From Armatimonadota bacterium (GTDB lineage Bacteria > Armatimonadota > SYMT01): a stretch of DNA of 64,000 nucleotides. The first letter of the stretch is position 1. The number at the start of each line of letters is the position of its first letter. The stretch spans positions 64,001 through 128,000 of the forward strand of contig JAWLHY010000006.1 in the NCBI GenBank assembly GCA_041690135.1, given 5' to 3'. The position numbers and the translations under genes are program-made. A model generated the notes under the pieces. The model did no database searches, was not told where the DNA came from, and saw only the letters and a list, made by a program, of their open reading frames with translations. Positions 39,887 to 49,887 of this stretch are shown here, piece by piece.

Positions 39887-41068
39887 ATGCGCGTGATCCT
39901 CACGGCCGGAAAGGGGGGCGTGGGCAAGTCCACGCTGGCGGCGGCTACGGCGGCGGTGGCGGCGGAGCGGGGGCTGCGCGCGCTGGTGATGAGCATCGAT
40001 AGCGCCCATAACCTCTCGGACCTCTTTGCCGTTCCCCTCGCCCACACACCCACGCCCATCCGCGGCTCACTGTTCGGTCTAGAAGTCGACCTCAACCGGG
40101 AACTGCGGGAGAACTGGCAGGCGGTAACGGACTTTTTCCTCACGATGACCGCCAATAATCCACGGGTGAACCAGCTCGTGGCGGAAGAATGCGCGGTGCT
40201 GCCGGGAATGGAAGAGGTCTTCGGGCTGATGCGCCTGCAGTCCGTCGTGGAGACGGGGGAGTGGGACGTGGTGGTGGTGGATGCGCCGCCCACCGGCGAT
40301 ATGCTCAAGTTCCTCCGCCTGCCGGACGTGCTCCACTGGTTCATGGAGAAGTACCATCCCCTCGAGCGGGGCATGCTCCAGCGGGTGCGGCCCGTGGCGG
40401 ATGCGCTGAATTGGCCGGTCCCCACGGAAGCCTCGATGGAAGAGATGGAGTACTGGTACGCGCGCGTCGGCGAGGCCAGCAAGACGCTCACGGATCCCGA
40501 GAGTGTTTCCGTGCGCCTGGTAATGACGCCCGACCGGGTAGGCCAGGCGGAGACACGCCGCGCCCTGACCTGGACCAACCTGTTGGGCATGACGGTGGAC
40601 GGGGTGATCGTGAATAAGATCCTCCCCGGGGGCGAATACCCGGAGCCGATCGCCTCGTGGTCCCACCGCCAGACGAGCCTGATCGAGGAGATTGAACGGG
40701 AGTTTTCACCCCTTCCGGTACTCCGAGCCGAACTGCAGCCGGACGAGGTGATCGGAGCGGAAGACCTCACGGCGTTTGGGCGTACCCTGCTCGCCGGCCG
40801 GGATCCGGCTGCGCTCTGGTGGCGGGAGGCGCTGGTCCGCTGGGATGAGAGCCGTGACGGGTCCGGCACCCTACACGTCCGCCTGCCGTTCTTGAAAAAG
40901 GGCCAGTTCCGGCTGCTCGCGGATGCGGATGGCCTTGTGATTCACGTAGCCAACCAGCGCCGCAACGTGCCGCTCCCCCTGGCGGTCCAGCGCCGTACGA
41001 TGCGACGCGCACATTACGAAGGGGGATGGTTGCGCGTCCAATATGGCCCCCGCCCGGATTCAGCCTGA
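39887..41068 (+). CDS. ArsA/GET3 family ATPase with C-terminal HSP20-like domain
   Basis: GKGGVGKST, DSAHNL, LPGMEE, DAPPTG, IVNK. Confidence 0.88.
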   Translation: MRVILTAGKGGVGKSTLAAATAAVAAERGLRALVMSIDSAHNLSDLFAVPLAHTPTPIRGSLFGLEVDLNRELRENWQAVTDFFLTMTANNPRVNQLVAEECAVLPGMEEVFGLMRLQSVVETGEWDVVVVDAPPTGDMLKFLRLPDVLHWFMEKYHPLERGMLQRVRPVADALNWPVPTEASMEEMEYWYARVGEASKTLTDPESVSVRLVMTPDRVGQAETRRALTWTNLLGMTVDGVIVNKILPGGEYPEPIASWSHRQTSLIEEIEREFSPLPVLRAELQPDEVIGAEDLTAFGRTLLAGRDPAALWWREALVRWDESRDGSGTLHVRLPFLKKGQFRLLADADGLVIHVANQRRNVPLPLAVQRRTMRRAHYEGGWLRVQYGPRPDSA

Positions 41069-41133
41069 ACTCCGACGCCCGAATCGCCGTAGAATTGGGT
41101 GGGCGCCTTTTTTCCTTGTCTTCCAACTGATCG

Positions 41134-42273
41134 ATGCTGCCACCACGAATTCCCTTCCACCGCCTGCTATTGTCTCTCGCGCTGATGCCCCTGGGGTCCT
41201 ACGCCGCGTTGGCGGCCGGTGAGGTAGCAACTTCCAGCGCCCCGGTACCGATGGCGGAGGCGGTCGATCGTCCGGGAATGTTGCCCCCGGAAACGCCGGC
41301 GCCGCTACCGATGGTCCGGGAGGCGACCGCGCTCCCCTCGGTTCGGGTCCCGTCGCCCGCGAAGGGGAAACGCCGGAAAGCTCCACCGCGGAACGCCTCC
41401 TATGCGAAGGGCATCTACACGGTCGAAAAGCAGGGCTCCGGCGTGTACTACCGGAAAGGCATCGTGCTGAAGGTAGGCGTGAATGTGATCGAGGCTGACC
41501 TCTCCGACCCGGAGGTACGGGTGGGCGCGATGGTCTCCCGCAACGGGATCGGCACGGCCGAACGGTTCGGCCAGATGGTCCGCCGCGCCCAGCCCGCCGC
41601 GGCGATCACCGGGACCTTCTTCGGGATCAAGAGCCGGATTCCCACCGGCGACCTGGTCATCAATGGTCAACCGATCTTCCGCGGTTTCATCGGTACGGCG
41701 GTGGCCATCACGCCGGACAACCGCGTCGAGTTCGTCACCACCCGGTACAAAGGACCGGCCATCGACTGGTCGAAGTACGACACCGTCATGCGGGGCGGGC
41801 CGCGCCTGGTTCAGGACGGCCGGGTGATGATGACCGCGCGCAGTGAGGGTTTCCGCAGCCTGCCGATCTCCGCGCGCCGCACCCGTACTGCCGTGGGTCT
41901 CACGCGCGACAACCACCTTCAGTTCGTGGCAGTGCGCCAGGGAATCACCCTCTGGGAGTTGGCCAAGGTGATGAAGGCGATCGGCGCCTACCAGGCAGTG
42001 GCGCTGGATGGCGGGACGTCCACGGCCATGTATTTCGCGGGCCGCTACATCGCCAACCCCGGTCGGGGGCTCACGAACGTCCTGATGATCTATCACCGCA
42101 AGGACCGGTACGAGGCGATGAAACACACCTTCACGGGCCCCTACCAGGTCAGCAAGGCGACTCCCCCGCCCCCTTCCGTATTACCCGTTGATACCCGCGT
42201 ACCCGAGAACAACGGCTTCGAACCGGCCAAGGGTCTGGACTTCCCTCTCAAACCGATGGACGCCGGTCTCTAG
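41134..42273 (+). CDS. Secreted phosphodiester glycosidase (NAGPA) family protein
   Basis: ITGTFF, GGPRLV, RTAVG, LDGGTST. Confidence 0.82.
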   Translation: MLPPRIPFHRLLLSLALMPLGSYAALAAGEVATSSAPVPMAEAVDRPGMLPPETPAPLPMVREATALPSVRVPSPAKGKRRKAPPRNASYAKGIYTVEKQGSGVYYRKGIVLKVGVNVIEADLSDPEVRVGAMVSRNGIGTAERFGQMVRRAQPAAAITGTFFGIKSRIPTGDLVINGQPIFRGFIGTAVAITPDNRVEFVTTRYKGPAIDWSKYDTVMRGGPRLVQDGRVMMTARSEGFRSLPISARRTRTAVGLTRDNHLQFVAVRQGITLWELAKVMKAIGAYQAVALDGGTSTAMYFAGRYIANPGRGLTNVLMIYHRKDRYEAMKHTFTGPYQVSKATPPPPSVLPVDTRVPENNGFEPAKGLDFPLKPMDAGL

Positions 42274-42310
42274 AGCTGTTCGTGACCGTGGGACGCATTG
42301 TGCCGGGCGC

Positions 42311-43603
42311 TTATCCGTTCCCCTCTCCATCCACCAGTTCCCACGTCCGCACGGCATTGGCGTAGTCCTCGCCGTCCCGCACCGGGAGCGCCGCGAGCCG
42401 GCGCAGCAGCCGCTGCGCCTCCGCGTGCCGCCCCTGCCCTTCCAGGGCCTCGGCCAGCATTCGCAAGAGGCGCCACCGCTCCGACCGGGACATCACCCCT
42501 CGACCGTGACGCACCCAGCGCAGGTTCTTTTCCGCCCGAACCCACTCGCCCCGCCGCAAGAGGAAAGCCGTATATTCAACCAGGTGCAGCGTGCAGGGGT
42601 ACTTTGCCAACGCGCGCCGCAGGCTCTCCCGCGCCCCATTCACCAGGCCGACCGCCTCCTGTGCCAGACCCTGCTGAACCAGCAGCCGGTTAACATCCTG
42701 CGCATCTTCCGCCAGCCGCAAACCTTCTTCGCAGAGGCGGAGGGCCAGGTCTGCGCGGTCGAGGGAGCGAGCATCTTCGGCGGCGAGGGCGAACACCCCC
42801 CCAATGCGGCTGCCGGCATCGCCGTAGGAACCGCGCGCAGCGTGCATCCGGCAGAGTGCCAGCAGCGTTTCGTCGTCGTTCAACTCGATCAAAAGAGCCC
42901 GCGCGGCCTCGAAGAGGGCGGTATTCAGCGGCGCCAGGTCCAGGCCGCGCCGGAAGAACCGGAGCATTTCCGGCCACTGCCCTTCCGGGCACCAGTCACG
43001 GTGCCCGGAGAAGCAGGCCGGCACGAAGTCCGGATGGCGACTCAGTACCCGGCGATAGAGCCCCAGCCCGCATGGCTCGTCGCGGCGAACCATCGCTGCC
43101 ATGAACTCCGCGTAGGCACTCTCGTCGTTTTCCGCGCGAGCTTCCCAGGCGAGAGCGTTGCGGAGGTCCTGATTGCGGTGGGCTTCCGCGTCGAAGGCGG
43201 CGCAGAGGCGCCGGAACACGGTCTCCGAGCAATCGATGAGCGACGCCTCCTCCCGGAAATGCTCCCGTCCTTCGGGAAACCAGCGGTCGAGGAGGCACCG
43301 GGCGCCCCACTCCATCCGGTCTCGCAGGTCCCGCACAGGCGCGGCATCTTCCCAGCCTTCCACTTCCGAAACGGTCCGTTCGCCCGTCTCACCCTCGGTT
43401 ACCCGGTACACGGAGGCACGCACCCTCACTTCTCCCTGACCGAAGCGGTAAGTTCCAGTGAGATAGGCGCCCGCCCAGAGCTTTGGGTGCGCCCGGCGGA
43501 GATAGTCTTCGAATCGCGCTGGCCGCTCCAGCAGAGGGCGCACCGCTGAGCGGGCCATCCAGTGCGGGTGCATGTTCACGCACGGCGACCGCCACCAGGT
43601 CAT
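42311..43603 (-). CDS. TPR-containing hypothetical protein
   Basis: GGAGG RBS before ATG 43603; helical TPR-like repeats. Confidence 0.65.
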   Translation of the reverse strand: MTWWRSPCVNMHPHWMARSAVRPLLERPARFEDYLRRAHPKLWAGAYLTGTYRFGQGEVRVRASVYRVTEGETGERTVSEVEGWEDAAPVRDLRDRMEWGARCLLDRWFPEGREHFREEASLIDCSETVFRRLCAAFDAEAHRNQDLRNALAWEARAENDESAYAEFMAAMVRRDEPCGLGLYRRVLSRHPDFVPACFSGHRDWCPEGQWPEMLRFFRRGLDLAPLNTALFEAARALLIELNDDETLLALCRMHAARGSYGDAGSRIGGVFALAAEDARSLDRADLALRLCEEGLRLAEDAQDVNRLLVQQGLAQEAVGLVNGARESLRRALAKYPCTLHLVEYTAFLLRRGEWVRAEKNLRWVRHGRGVMSRSERWRLLRMLAEALEGQGRHAEAQRLLRRLAALPVRDGEDYANAVRTWELVDGEGNG

Positions 43604-43731
43604 GGCAAAGACCTCCGCCAGGTAGGTTCCGAGCCACGGCGGTCCCGCCCGGTCTTCTTCGGACAGGAACCGCAGGGGCGCTATCGACGGGTTATCGCAA
43701 GGACTGGGGATGCGGCGAATGTCGACGGACA

Positions 43732-44673
43732 TCAGGGGAGCTCTCCCCGGCCGTGGGGCTCGTTCCAATCGAGGATCGGTCCCAACGGCACGATCCGGGT
43801 CGGGTTGATCTGGTCGTGGGTCATGTAGTAGTGGCGCTTGATGTGGTCGAAGTTGACCGTTTCGCCGAACTCCGGGCGCTGGTACAGGTCACGGGCATAC
43901 CCCCAGAGGTTCGGGTAATCGATCAGCCGGCGCAGGTTGCACTTGAAGTGCCCCACGTAGACGCTGTCGAACCGGACCAGCGTCGTGAAAAGGCGAATGT
44001 CCGCTTCGGTCAACTGATCCCCTACAAGGTACCGTTGTGCCTTCAGGCGTTCCTCCAGCCAGTCGAGCCGCGCGAAGAGCGCCGTCACTGCCCGCTCGTA
44101 CGCCGCCTGCGAGGTAGCGAACCCGGCCCTATAGACGCCGTTGTTGACGTCTTCATAAACGACCGCGTTGACCTGGTCGATCTCATCGCGGAGGGGCGCT
44201 GGATAGAGTTCCGGGGCACCGGGCCGGTGGCAGGCGGTGAACTGCGTCTCGAAATCGATCGTGATGTCCGGAAAGTTGTTCGTCACCAGGCGCCCGGTAA
44301 CCCGGTCCCAGATACACGGCACGGTGTAGCGCCCAGAGTATTCGGGGTCGGTGCGCAGGTAGGCTTCCGAGAGGAACTTGAATCCGCACACCGGGTCCGG
44401 ACCGTGCCCCTCTCCCTCCGTGAAGGCCCAGCCCCGCCCGTTCCGGATCGGATCGACCACCGACATCGAGATCACCGGCTCCAGACCCAGCAGCCGCCGC
44501 ACGATGACCGCCCGATGGGCCCAGGGGCAGGCCAGCGACACGTAGAGGTGGTACCGCCCCGGTTCCGCCGGGAAGCCGGAGGAGCCGTCCGCGGTGATCC
44601 GGTCCCGGATCGTATACTCCTGCCGCACGAACTCTCCTTCGCGACCTGTCTCTGATGGGAACTGTCTGTTCAT
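43732..44673 (-). CDS. Glutathionyl-hydroquinone reductase (YqjG/ECM4, GST omega-like)
   Basis: ACPWAHR, TVP, NNGVY, RFDSVY..HFKCN, HIKRHYY. Confidence 0.92.
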   Translation of the reverse strand: MNRQFPSETGREGEFVRQEYTIRDRITADGSSGFPAEPGRYHLYVSLACPWAHRAVIVRRLLGLEPVISMSVVDPIRNGRGWAFTEGEGHGPDPVCGFKFLSEAYLRTDPEYSGRYTVPCIWDRVTGRLVTNNFPDITIDFETQFTACHRPGAPELYPAPLRDEIDQVNAVVYEDVNNGVYRAGFATSQAAYERAVTALFARLDWLEERLKAQRYLVGDQLTEADIRLFTTLVRFDSVYVGHFKCNLRRLIDYPNLWGYARDLYQRPEFGETVNFDHIKRHYYMTHDQINPTRIVPLGPILDWNEPHGRGELP

Positions 44674-44806
44674 CGGTCCTCGCCTAGGGTCTCAGCCAAC
44701 CTCGGGGTCACGGCGAACCGTCGGTAACACTCCTGGTCCAGCCGCGCTCCAATTAAGGCATGCCACTGGTAGACTTCTCGATACCCGAACTGGCCATGGA
44801 TGGAAC

Positions 44807-45121
44807 TCAAAACCTACCTTTGAAGGCGCCGTCAACGAACGACCGGACAAAAGCCTCCGGCGCCAGCACCTCTCCGTGCCGGGCCGCCACCTGGCACTGG
44901 AGGTCCCAGTTTCTGCGGATCACGTGGTCGGTCTCCCCGGAGAACTGCAATACGGTAGCCACGATCTCCGTCCAGTGACCCTCCAGTCCATAGGTCTCTC
45001 GCAAGATCGGCGTAATCTTCTGGAGCTTCCACTCTTCCAGGGGCGGCAGGTGCCCAGTGACCCAGAGAATGTAACACTCCATGATCCGCCGAAAGGGGCT
45101 TTCTACGGGTTCTGTTGCCAT
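44807..45121 (-). CDS. Hypothetical protein
   Basis: ~104-aa helical ORF with GAGG upstream; start uncertain. Confidence 0.5.
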   Translation of the reverse strand: MATEPVESPFRRIMECYILWVTGHLPPLEEWKLQKITPILRETYGLEGHWTEIVATVLQFSGETDHVIRRNWDLQCQVAARHGEVLAPEAFVRSFVDGAFKGRF

Positions 45122-45280
45122 CCATGTGCCTCTTGAACGTATCGCTTTGCCGAACTGGACGCTCGCGACGTGGGACAGGGCTTGCACTTGAGAGGCAGTG
45201 GCGACGGTTACTTCCTCCAGGTAGGGAGTTGGGTCGGGGTTCTGACTGGGAGTGGGAGATAGAAGCAACTCCCCACCCCT

Positions 45281-45736
45281 TCAGCTCCCATCGCCAGTGT
45301 GATCTCCGGCTCCTCCCGCCACCCCGTCCTGTGGCTCCACCGAAGTGGCACTCCGCACGATCCGGCGGAGGACAGCGGTCGTGTCCCGCACTGACTGCCC
45401 CAACCTCTGGGGATCCCAGACTTGCCCCGTGACGGTGCCTTCGGGTCCGATCGCCCAGCAACGGAAAATCAACTCATCCGGCACTCTGCGAGGGAAATAG
45501 GCAAAAAAGTTGACCTTCACCCGCTCCTTACTTCCCCAGGTTTCATACACTTCCCGGGCGATGTCCACCATCCGGATTGGATCGCCTGCTTCCAGGAGAA
45601 CAATCACCTGCCCATCCAACACCAGGCTCCGCAACTCATAGGGTGAGACCTCTTCCGGCTGGACTTGCAGGGCCTTCAGCGTTCGCAGCAGCGCCGTCCG
45701 CAGCAGATAGTTCTCCACCGCCACGATCCACCGCAT
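45281..45736 (-). CDS. Degenerate receiver-like domain protein
   Basis: beta/alpha pattern (WIVAVEN, VIVLLE) without canonical Asp/Lys; GGAGG RBS. Confidence 0.5.
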   Translation of the reverse strand: MRWIVAVENYLLRTALLRTLKALQVQPEEVSPYELRSLVLDGQVIVLLEAGDPIRMVDIAREVYETWGSKERVKVNFFAYFPRRVPDELIFRCWAIGPEGTVTGQVWDPQRLGQSVRDTTAVLRRIVRSATSVEPQDGVAGGAGDHTGDGS

Positions 45737-45781
45737 TCTACCCCTCCGCGAAAACGTCTTCGGTCATCCAAGCCCCAACTG

Positions 45782-45847
45782 CTCGAACATCCGACTGCCT
45801 GAACATTCATCCCTCACAGGAGGCCCGAACGCCTGAACACCCGAATA
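45782..45847. repeat. Degenerate octamer array
   Basis: CTCGAACA TCCGACTG CCTGAACA ... CCCGAACG CCTGAACA CCCGAATA. Confidence 0.6.
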
Positions 45848-46232
45848 GAAACTCTCAACAGCCCTCGTCATCCTGTCGCAACATCCTTCGGAACGCCGTA
45901 CGCTCCTTCCTCCGCTGATAATAATGTTCAGCGTTCGAGCCCCTCCCTTCCGCCCCGCGCCAATGCACCGCAAGATCCGACTTCCGGCGGCCATTCATGA
46001 ATAAGGAAGGGCGCGGGAACCAGGAACGCCCTCCCAACCGGTATTCATCGGCGGCTCAGGGAGCAGTCACCCCCGAGGACGCGTGCAATCTAAGGCTCGC
46101 CCGCACCTCGTCCGCCCGCAGGGTCCCCACCCCTCCGCCAAGAGATCGCTGCCCGCCATTCCATCTTTAAAATCTGCGTCATCTGTGGACTCACATGGCT
46201 GGTGCCCCAAAGTCCAACGCCCAATGCCCACG

Positions 46233-46261
46233 TTGAATAAGGGTTGTTTTGCTGCTAAAAT
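46233..46261 (+). promoter_or_regulatory. Sigma70-type promoter of secA
   Basis: TTGAAT-17 nt-TAAAAT with extended -10 TG, ending 21 nt before ATG. Confidence 0.65.
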
Positions 46262-46282
46262 ACGCGCCGAGGTAATCGTTTC

Positions 46283-49200
46283 ATGAGCTTCCTGAAGTCA
46301 CTACTGGACGGGAACGAGCGCGAAGTCCAGAAGCTGCGTAAAGTCGCGGCGGAGATCCATGCGCTCGAGCCCCGCATCCAGTCGCTCACGGATGAGCAGT
46401 TGGCCGCGAAGACGGTCGAATTCCGCGAGCGGCTGCAGCCTTTCGTCGCCCGGCTGGACGAAGCCAAGGAGCGACGCCGGGAAGCCAAGGAGCCGGGTGA
46501 GCAGTCCGCGGCCGATTCCCAGATCAAGGCTGCCTACGCCGAACTCGAAGCCGAGCTGAACCGGATTCATCCCGAAGCGTTCGCCTGCTGCCGCGAGGCC
46601 GGCAAGCGCGCTCTCAACATGCGGCACTTCGACGTCCAGATGATCGCCGGAACCGTCCTTCACCAGGGGCGGGTGGCGGAGCTGGCGACGGGCGAAGGCA
46701 AGACGCTGTCCGCCACTTCCCCGCTTTACCTGAATGCACTGGTCGGCAAGGGCGCTCACCTCGTCACCCCTAACGACTACCTGGCCAAGCGCGACGCCAC
46801 CTGGATGGGTCCCCTTTACCACATGCTGGGGCTCTCGGTCGGCATCATCCAGGGCGCCAGCTCGGACCACCCGCATGGTTCCGCCTGGCTCTACACGCCG
46901 GGGCACGTCGCCGACGATCCGCACTTCAACGACTTGGTGCTGATCGATCGCCGGTCCTGTTACGACTGCGACATCGTTTACGGCACCAACGCCGAGTTCG
47001 GGTTCGATTACCTCCGCGACAACATGGCCCACCGGCTGGAGGATATGGTCCAGTCCGAGTTGCACTTCGCCATTGTCGACGAGATGGACAGCATTCTCAT
47101 TGACGAAGCGCGGACCCCGCTCATCATCTCCGGGATGCCGGAGGCCTCCACGGATCTCTATTTCCGCGTCGACCGGGTCGTTGCCCGATTGCAGGCCGAG
47201 CGAGACTTCACCGTTGATGAGAAGGCGAAGAACGCCATGCTCACCGAGGACGGTACGCACCGCGTGGAGGAGGGCCTCGGCATCGAGAACCTGGCGGATG
47301 ACGTCCGGCTGATGCACCACGTTACGGCCGCCCTGCGGGCTCGCTTTGCCTACAAGCGCGATGTCGACTACGTGGTGAAGGAAGACAAGGTCATCATCGT
47401 CGACGAGTTCACCGGCCGCATGATGTACGGCCGCCGGTACTCCGACGGCCTGCACCAGGCGATCGAGGCGAAGGAAGGCGTCCGGATCGAGGAAGAGACG
47501 CAGACCGTCGCCACCATCACCATCCAGAACTACTTCCGCCTCTACCACAAGCTGGCCGGCATGACCGGTACTGCGAAGACGGAAGAGCAAGAGATCCGGA
47601 AGATCTACGGCATGGACGTGGTGGTCGTACCGACCAACCTTCCCATGATCCGGAAAGACCAGCCGGACGTCGTCTACAAAACGGAAGAGCAGAAGTACCG
47701 CGCCCTGGTGTTGGAAGTTCTCCAGAAGCACGTGCATGGGCAGCCGGTGCTGGTCGGCACCCGGTCGATCGACGTTTCCGAACGGCTCAGCCAGCGGCTC
47801 GAACTTGGCGAGCGGCTGCAACTGCAGGCGCTCATCCTGATCCTGCGCGACAAGCTCCTGAGCACTAAGGGTCTTCCGAAGCCGCAGGTAGAGGAGTTCC
47901 ACACGATCCTCAACACCAAGCTGGAGGACCTCTACATCTCCAAGCTCACGCCGGTCGCCAAGGCCCTGGGCGTGGAACTGGACGCACTCCATGCGGATAA
48001 CATTGCGGCCCTGAAGCGCCTGCTGGACATCGACACCAACGAGGAAGTCCTCGTAGATGCCCTCCGGGACGGGGTACCGCACGCGGTGTTGAACGCCAAG
48101 TACCACGAGCGGGAAGCCGAGATCATTTCGGAGGCCGGACGGAAGCACGCGGTGACGATCGCCACCAATATGGCGGGCCGCGGGGTCGATATCATGCTGG
48201 GCGGCAAGCTGGATCCCGGCGTCGCGCCCGAGCCGACCGAAGTCATGCTCTCCAGCGGGATCAAGAAACTCTACCCCACCCACCTCAGCGCGGAAATCGC
48301 CCAGCTAGGCGGGCTCGCCATTATCGGCTCCGAGCGACACGAGAGCCGGCGCATCGACCGGCAGCTCCGCGGGCGGTCCGGCCGGCAGGGGGACCCGGGC
48401 GAAACGCGGTTCTATCTGTCCCTGGAAGACGAGCTGTGGCGCCTCTTCGGAGACCGTGGCCAGGCTTTCCTGGGCGGTTGGCCGGAGTATGAACGCCTCG
48501 AAGCCAGCATTCTCACCAAGGCGATCGAGCGCGCGCAGCGGAAGGTCGAGGAACACAACTTCGGTATCCGCAAGCACACGCTCGAGTACGACGACGTCAT
48601 GAATGTCCACCGGGACGTCATCTACAAGCAGCGGCGGGAGATCCTCCAGGGCACGGATCTCCGCGAGACCCTTCTCGACCACGCCTATGACATGGTCGGC
48701 GGAGCGATCGAGCGCCATTGCAGCATGGTGATGCAGCCGGAGGACTGGGACCTTCGCGGCCTCTACGACGAGATGGACCTGCTCTTCGACCTGTCGCTCC
48801 ATGCCCGCCCGGCGGACCTGGAAGACAAGACGCGCGAAGAGATCCAGGAATTCCTCTTCGGTATCGCCGAGAAGCAGTATGAGGCACGCGAGGAGAGCCT
48901 GACGAAACACGGCATCGATCCGCGCGACGCGGAGCGCCAGGTGACGCTCCAGATCATTGACCAGAAGTGGGTCGAGCATCTGAACGCGATGGAGTACCTG
49001 CGCGAGGGCGTATGGATGCGCGGTTTCGAACAGCGCGATCCGCTGGTCGTCTATAAGAAGGAAGCCTTCGACATGTTCCGGGCGCTGCAAGACAGCATCC
49101 TGGACGACATGGTCAACTGGATGTTCCACCTGGCAATCCGCGAGCCTGCCCCGCCGCCTCCGCCCCGTGCCGTCGTCAGCCCATTGGACCTGGACGGAGA

Positions 49201-49372
49201 AGCCGAAGACGACGGCTTCGCGGCCGCCACCCGATCCCCGTTGGGCGGCAACGGTGCCCGGCGGGCTGTTGCGGCCAACGCGGCGGGCCGCAAAGCTGGC
49301 CGCAACGATCCCTGCCCTTGTGGCAGTGGCAAGAAGTATAAGTTCTGCTGCCTGAAGTCCGGCGCGGTGTAG
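46283..49372 (+). CDS. secA: Preprotein translocase SecA with C-terminal SEC-C motif
   Basis: TGEGKT, DSILIDEARTP, ATNMAGRG, QLRGRSGRQGDPG, GRNDPCPCGSGKKYKFCC. Confidence 0.98.
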   Translation: MSFLKSLLDGNEREVQKLRKVAAEIHALEPRIQSLTDEQLAAKTVEFRERLQPFVARLDEAKERRREAKEPGEQSAADSQIKAAYAELEAELNRIHPEAFACCREAGKRALNMRHFDVQMIAGTVLHQGRVAELATGEGKTLSATSPLYLNALVGKGAHLVTPNDYLAKRDATWMGPLYHMLGLSVGIIQGASSDHPHGSAWLYTPGHVADDPHFNDLVLIDRRSCYDCDIVYGTNAEFGFDYLRDNMAHRLEDMVQSELHFAIVDEMDSILIDEARTPLIISGMPEASTDLYFRVDRVVARLQAERDFTVDEKAKNAMLTEDGTHRVEEGLGIENLADDVRLMHHVTAALRARFAYKRDVDYVVKEDKVIIVDEFTGRMMYGRRYSDGLHQAIEAKEGVRIEEETQTVATITIQNYFRLYHKLAGMTGTAKTEEQEIRKIYGMDVVVVPTNLPMIRKDQPDVVYKTEEQKYRALVLEVLQKHVHGQPVLVGTRSIDVSERLSQRLELGERLQLQALILILRDKLLSTKGLPKPQVEEFHTILNTKLEDLYISKLTPVAKALGVELDALHADNIAALKRLLDIDTNEEVLVDALRDGVPHAVLNAKYHEREAEIISEAGRKHAVTIATNMAGRGVDIMLGGKLDPGVAPEPTEVMLSSGIKKLYPTHLSAEIAQLGGLAIIGSERHESRRIDRQLRGRSGRQGDPGETRFYLSLEDELWRLFGDRGQAFLGGWPEYERLEASILTKAIERAQRKVEEHNFGIRKHTLEYDDVMNVHRDVIYKQRREILQGTDLRETLLDHAYDMVGGAIERHCSMVMQPEDWDLRGLYDEMDLLFDLSLHARPADLEDKTREEIQEFLFGIAEKQYEAREESLTKHGIDPRDAERQVTLQIIDQKWVEHLNAMEYLREGVWMRGFEQRDPLVVYKKEAFDMFRALQDSILDDMVNWMFHLAIREPAPPPPPRAVVSPLDLDGEAEDDGFAAATRSPLGGNGARRAVAANAAGRKAGRNDPCPCGSGKKYKFCCLKSGAV

Positions 49373-49534
49373 AGCCGGAGGCCGAACAGGAATTTCTCAA
49401 ACAATGGATTGCGGAATTGCTGTTCGGCCTGACCCCTGCGCCGGCGTCATGGAGATAAATGCTTCGCAGTCGTCGCCAGGGCGCCCTCGCAGCAGGTACG
49501 GGGTTACGGGCCCGGGACTCTGGATGTAGTAGTA

Positions 49535-49759
49535 ATGGAAAACCAGGAAGCCCAGCAAAGCCCTCAGGAAGAGACGATCTACGCCGTCTCCTTTCCGCCC
49601 GCCATGTACGCGCGCGACATCCTCCAGAGCCGGAGTTTCGCGCAGGCCATGGGTTACGCCTGGCTGCACGACGAAGATACGGAGTTCGTCCGCAACTTCC
49701 GCGAGCAAGTCCGCCGCCAGGCCGAGTTCTACGACCAGTGGCTCCAGCAAGAAGGCTGA
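49535..49759 (+). CDS. Small hypothetical protein
   Basis: 74 aa, strong GC3 bias, between secA and prfB. Confidence 0.65.
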   Translation: MENQEAQQSPQEETIYAVSFPPAMYARDILQSRSFAQAMGYAWLHDEDTEFVRNFREQVRRQAEFYDQWLQQEG

Positions 49760-49766
49760 AGGCCCG

Positions 49767-49831
49767 CAACTTTCAACCTGCGGCCTTCAAACCGTCAACT
49801 GGTAACTTTCAACCTTCAACTTTCCAACCTT
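49767..49831. repeat. Degenerate heptamer array (CAACYTT)
   Basis: CAACTTT CAACCTG CGGCCTT ... TAACTTT CAACCTT CAACTTT. Confidence 0.7.
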
Positions 49832-49887
49832 TAGCCCCCGAGGGGGGCTGCAAACGCAGATCACAGATTAAGCCGAGACGATCCACC

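Noticed and set aside
46301-48283. 660-aa minus-strand ORF and many similar overlapping ORFs in the track
   Set aside because: Shadows of secA and other well-supported genes.
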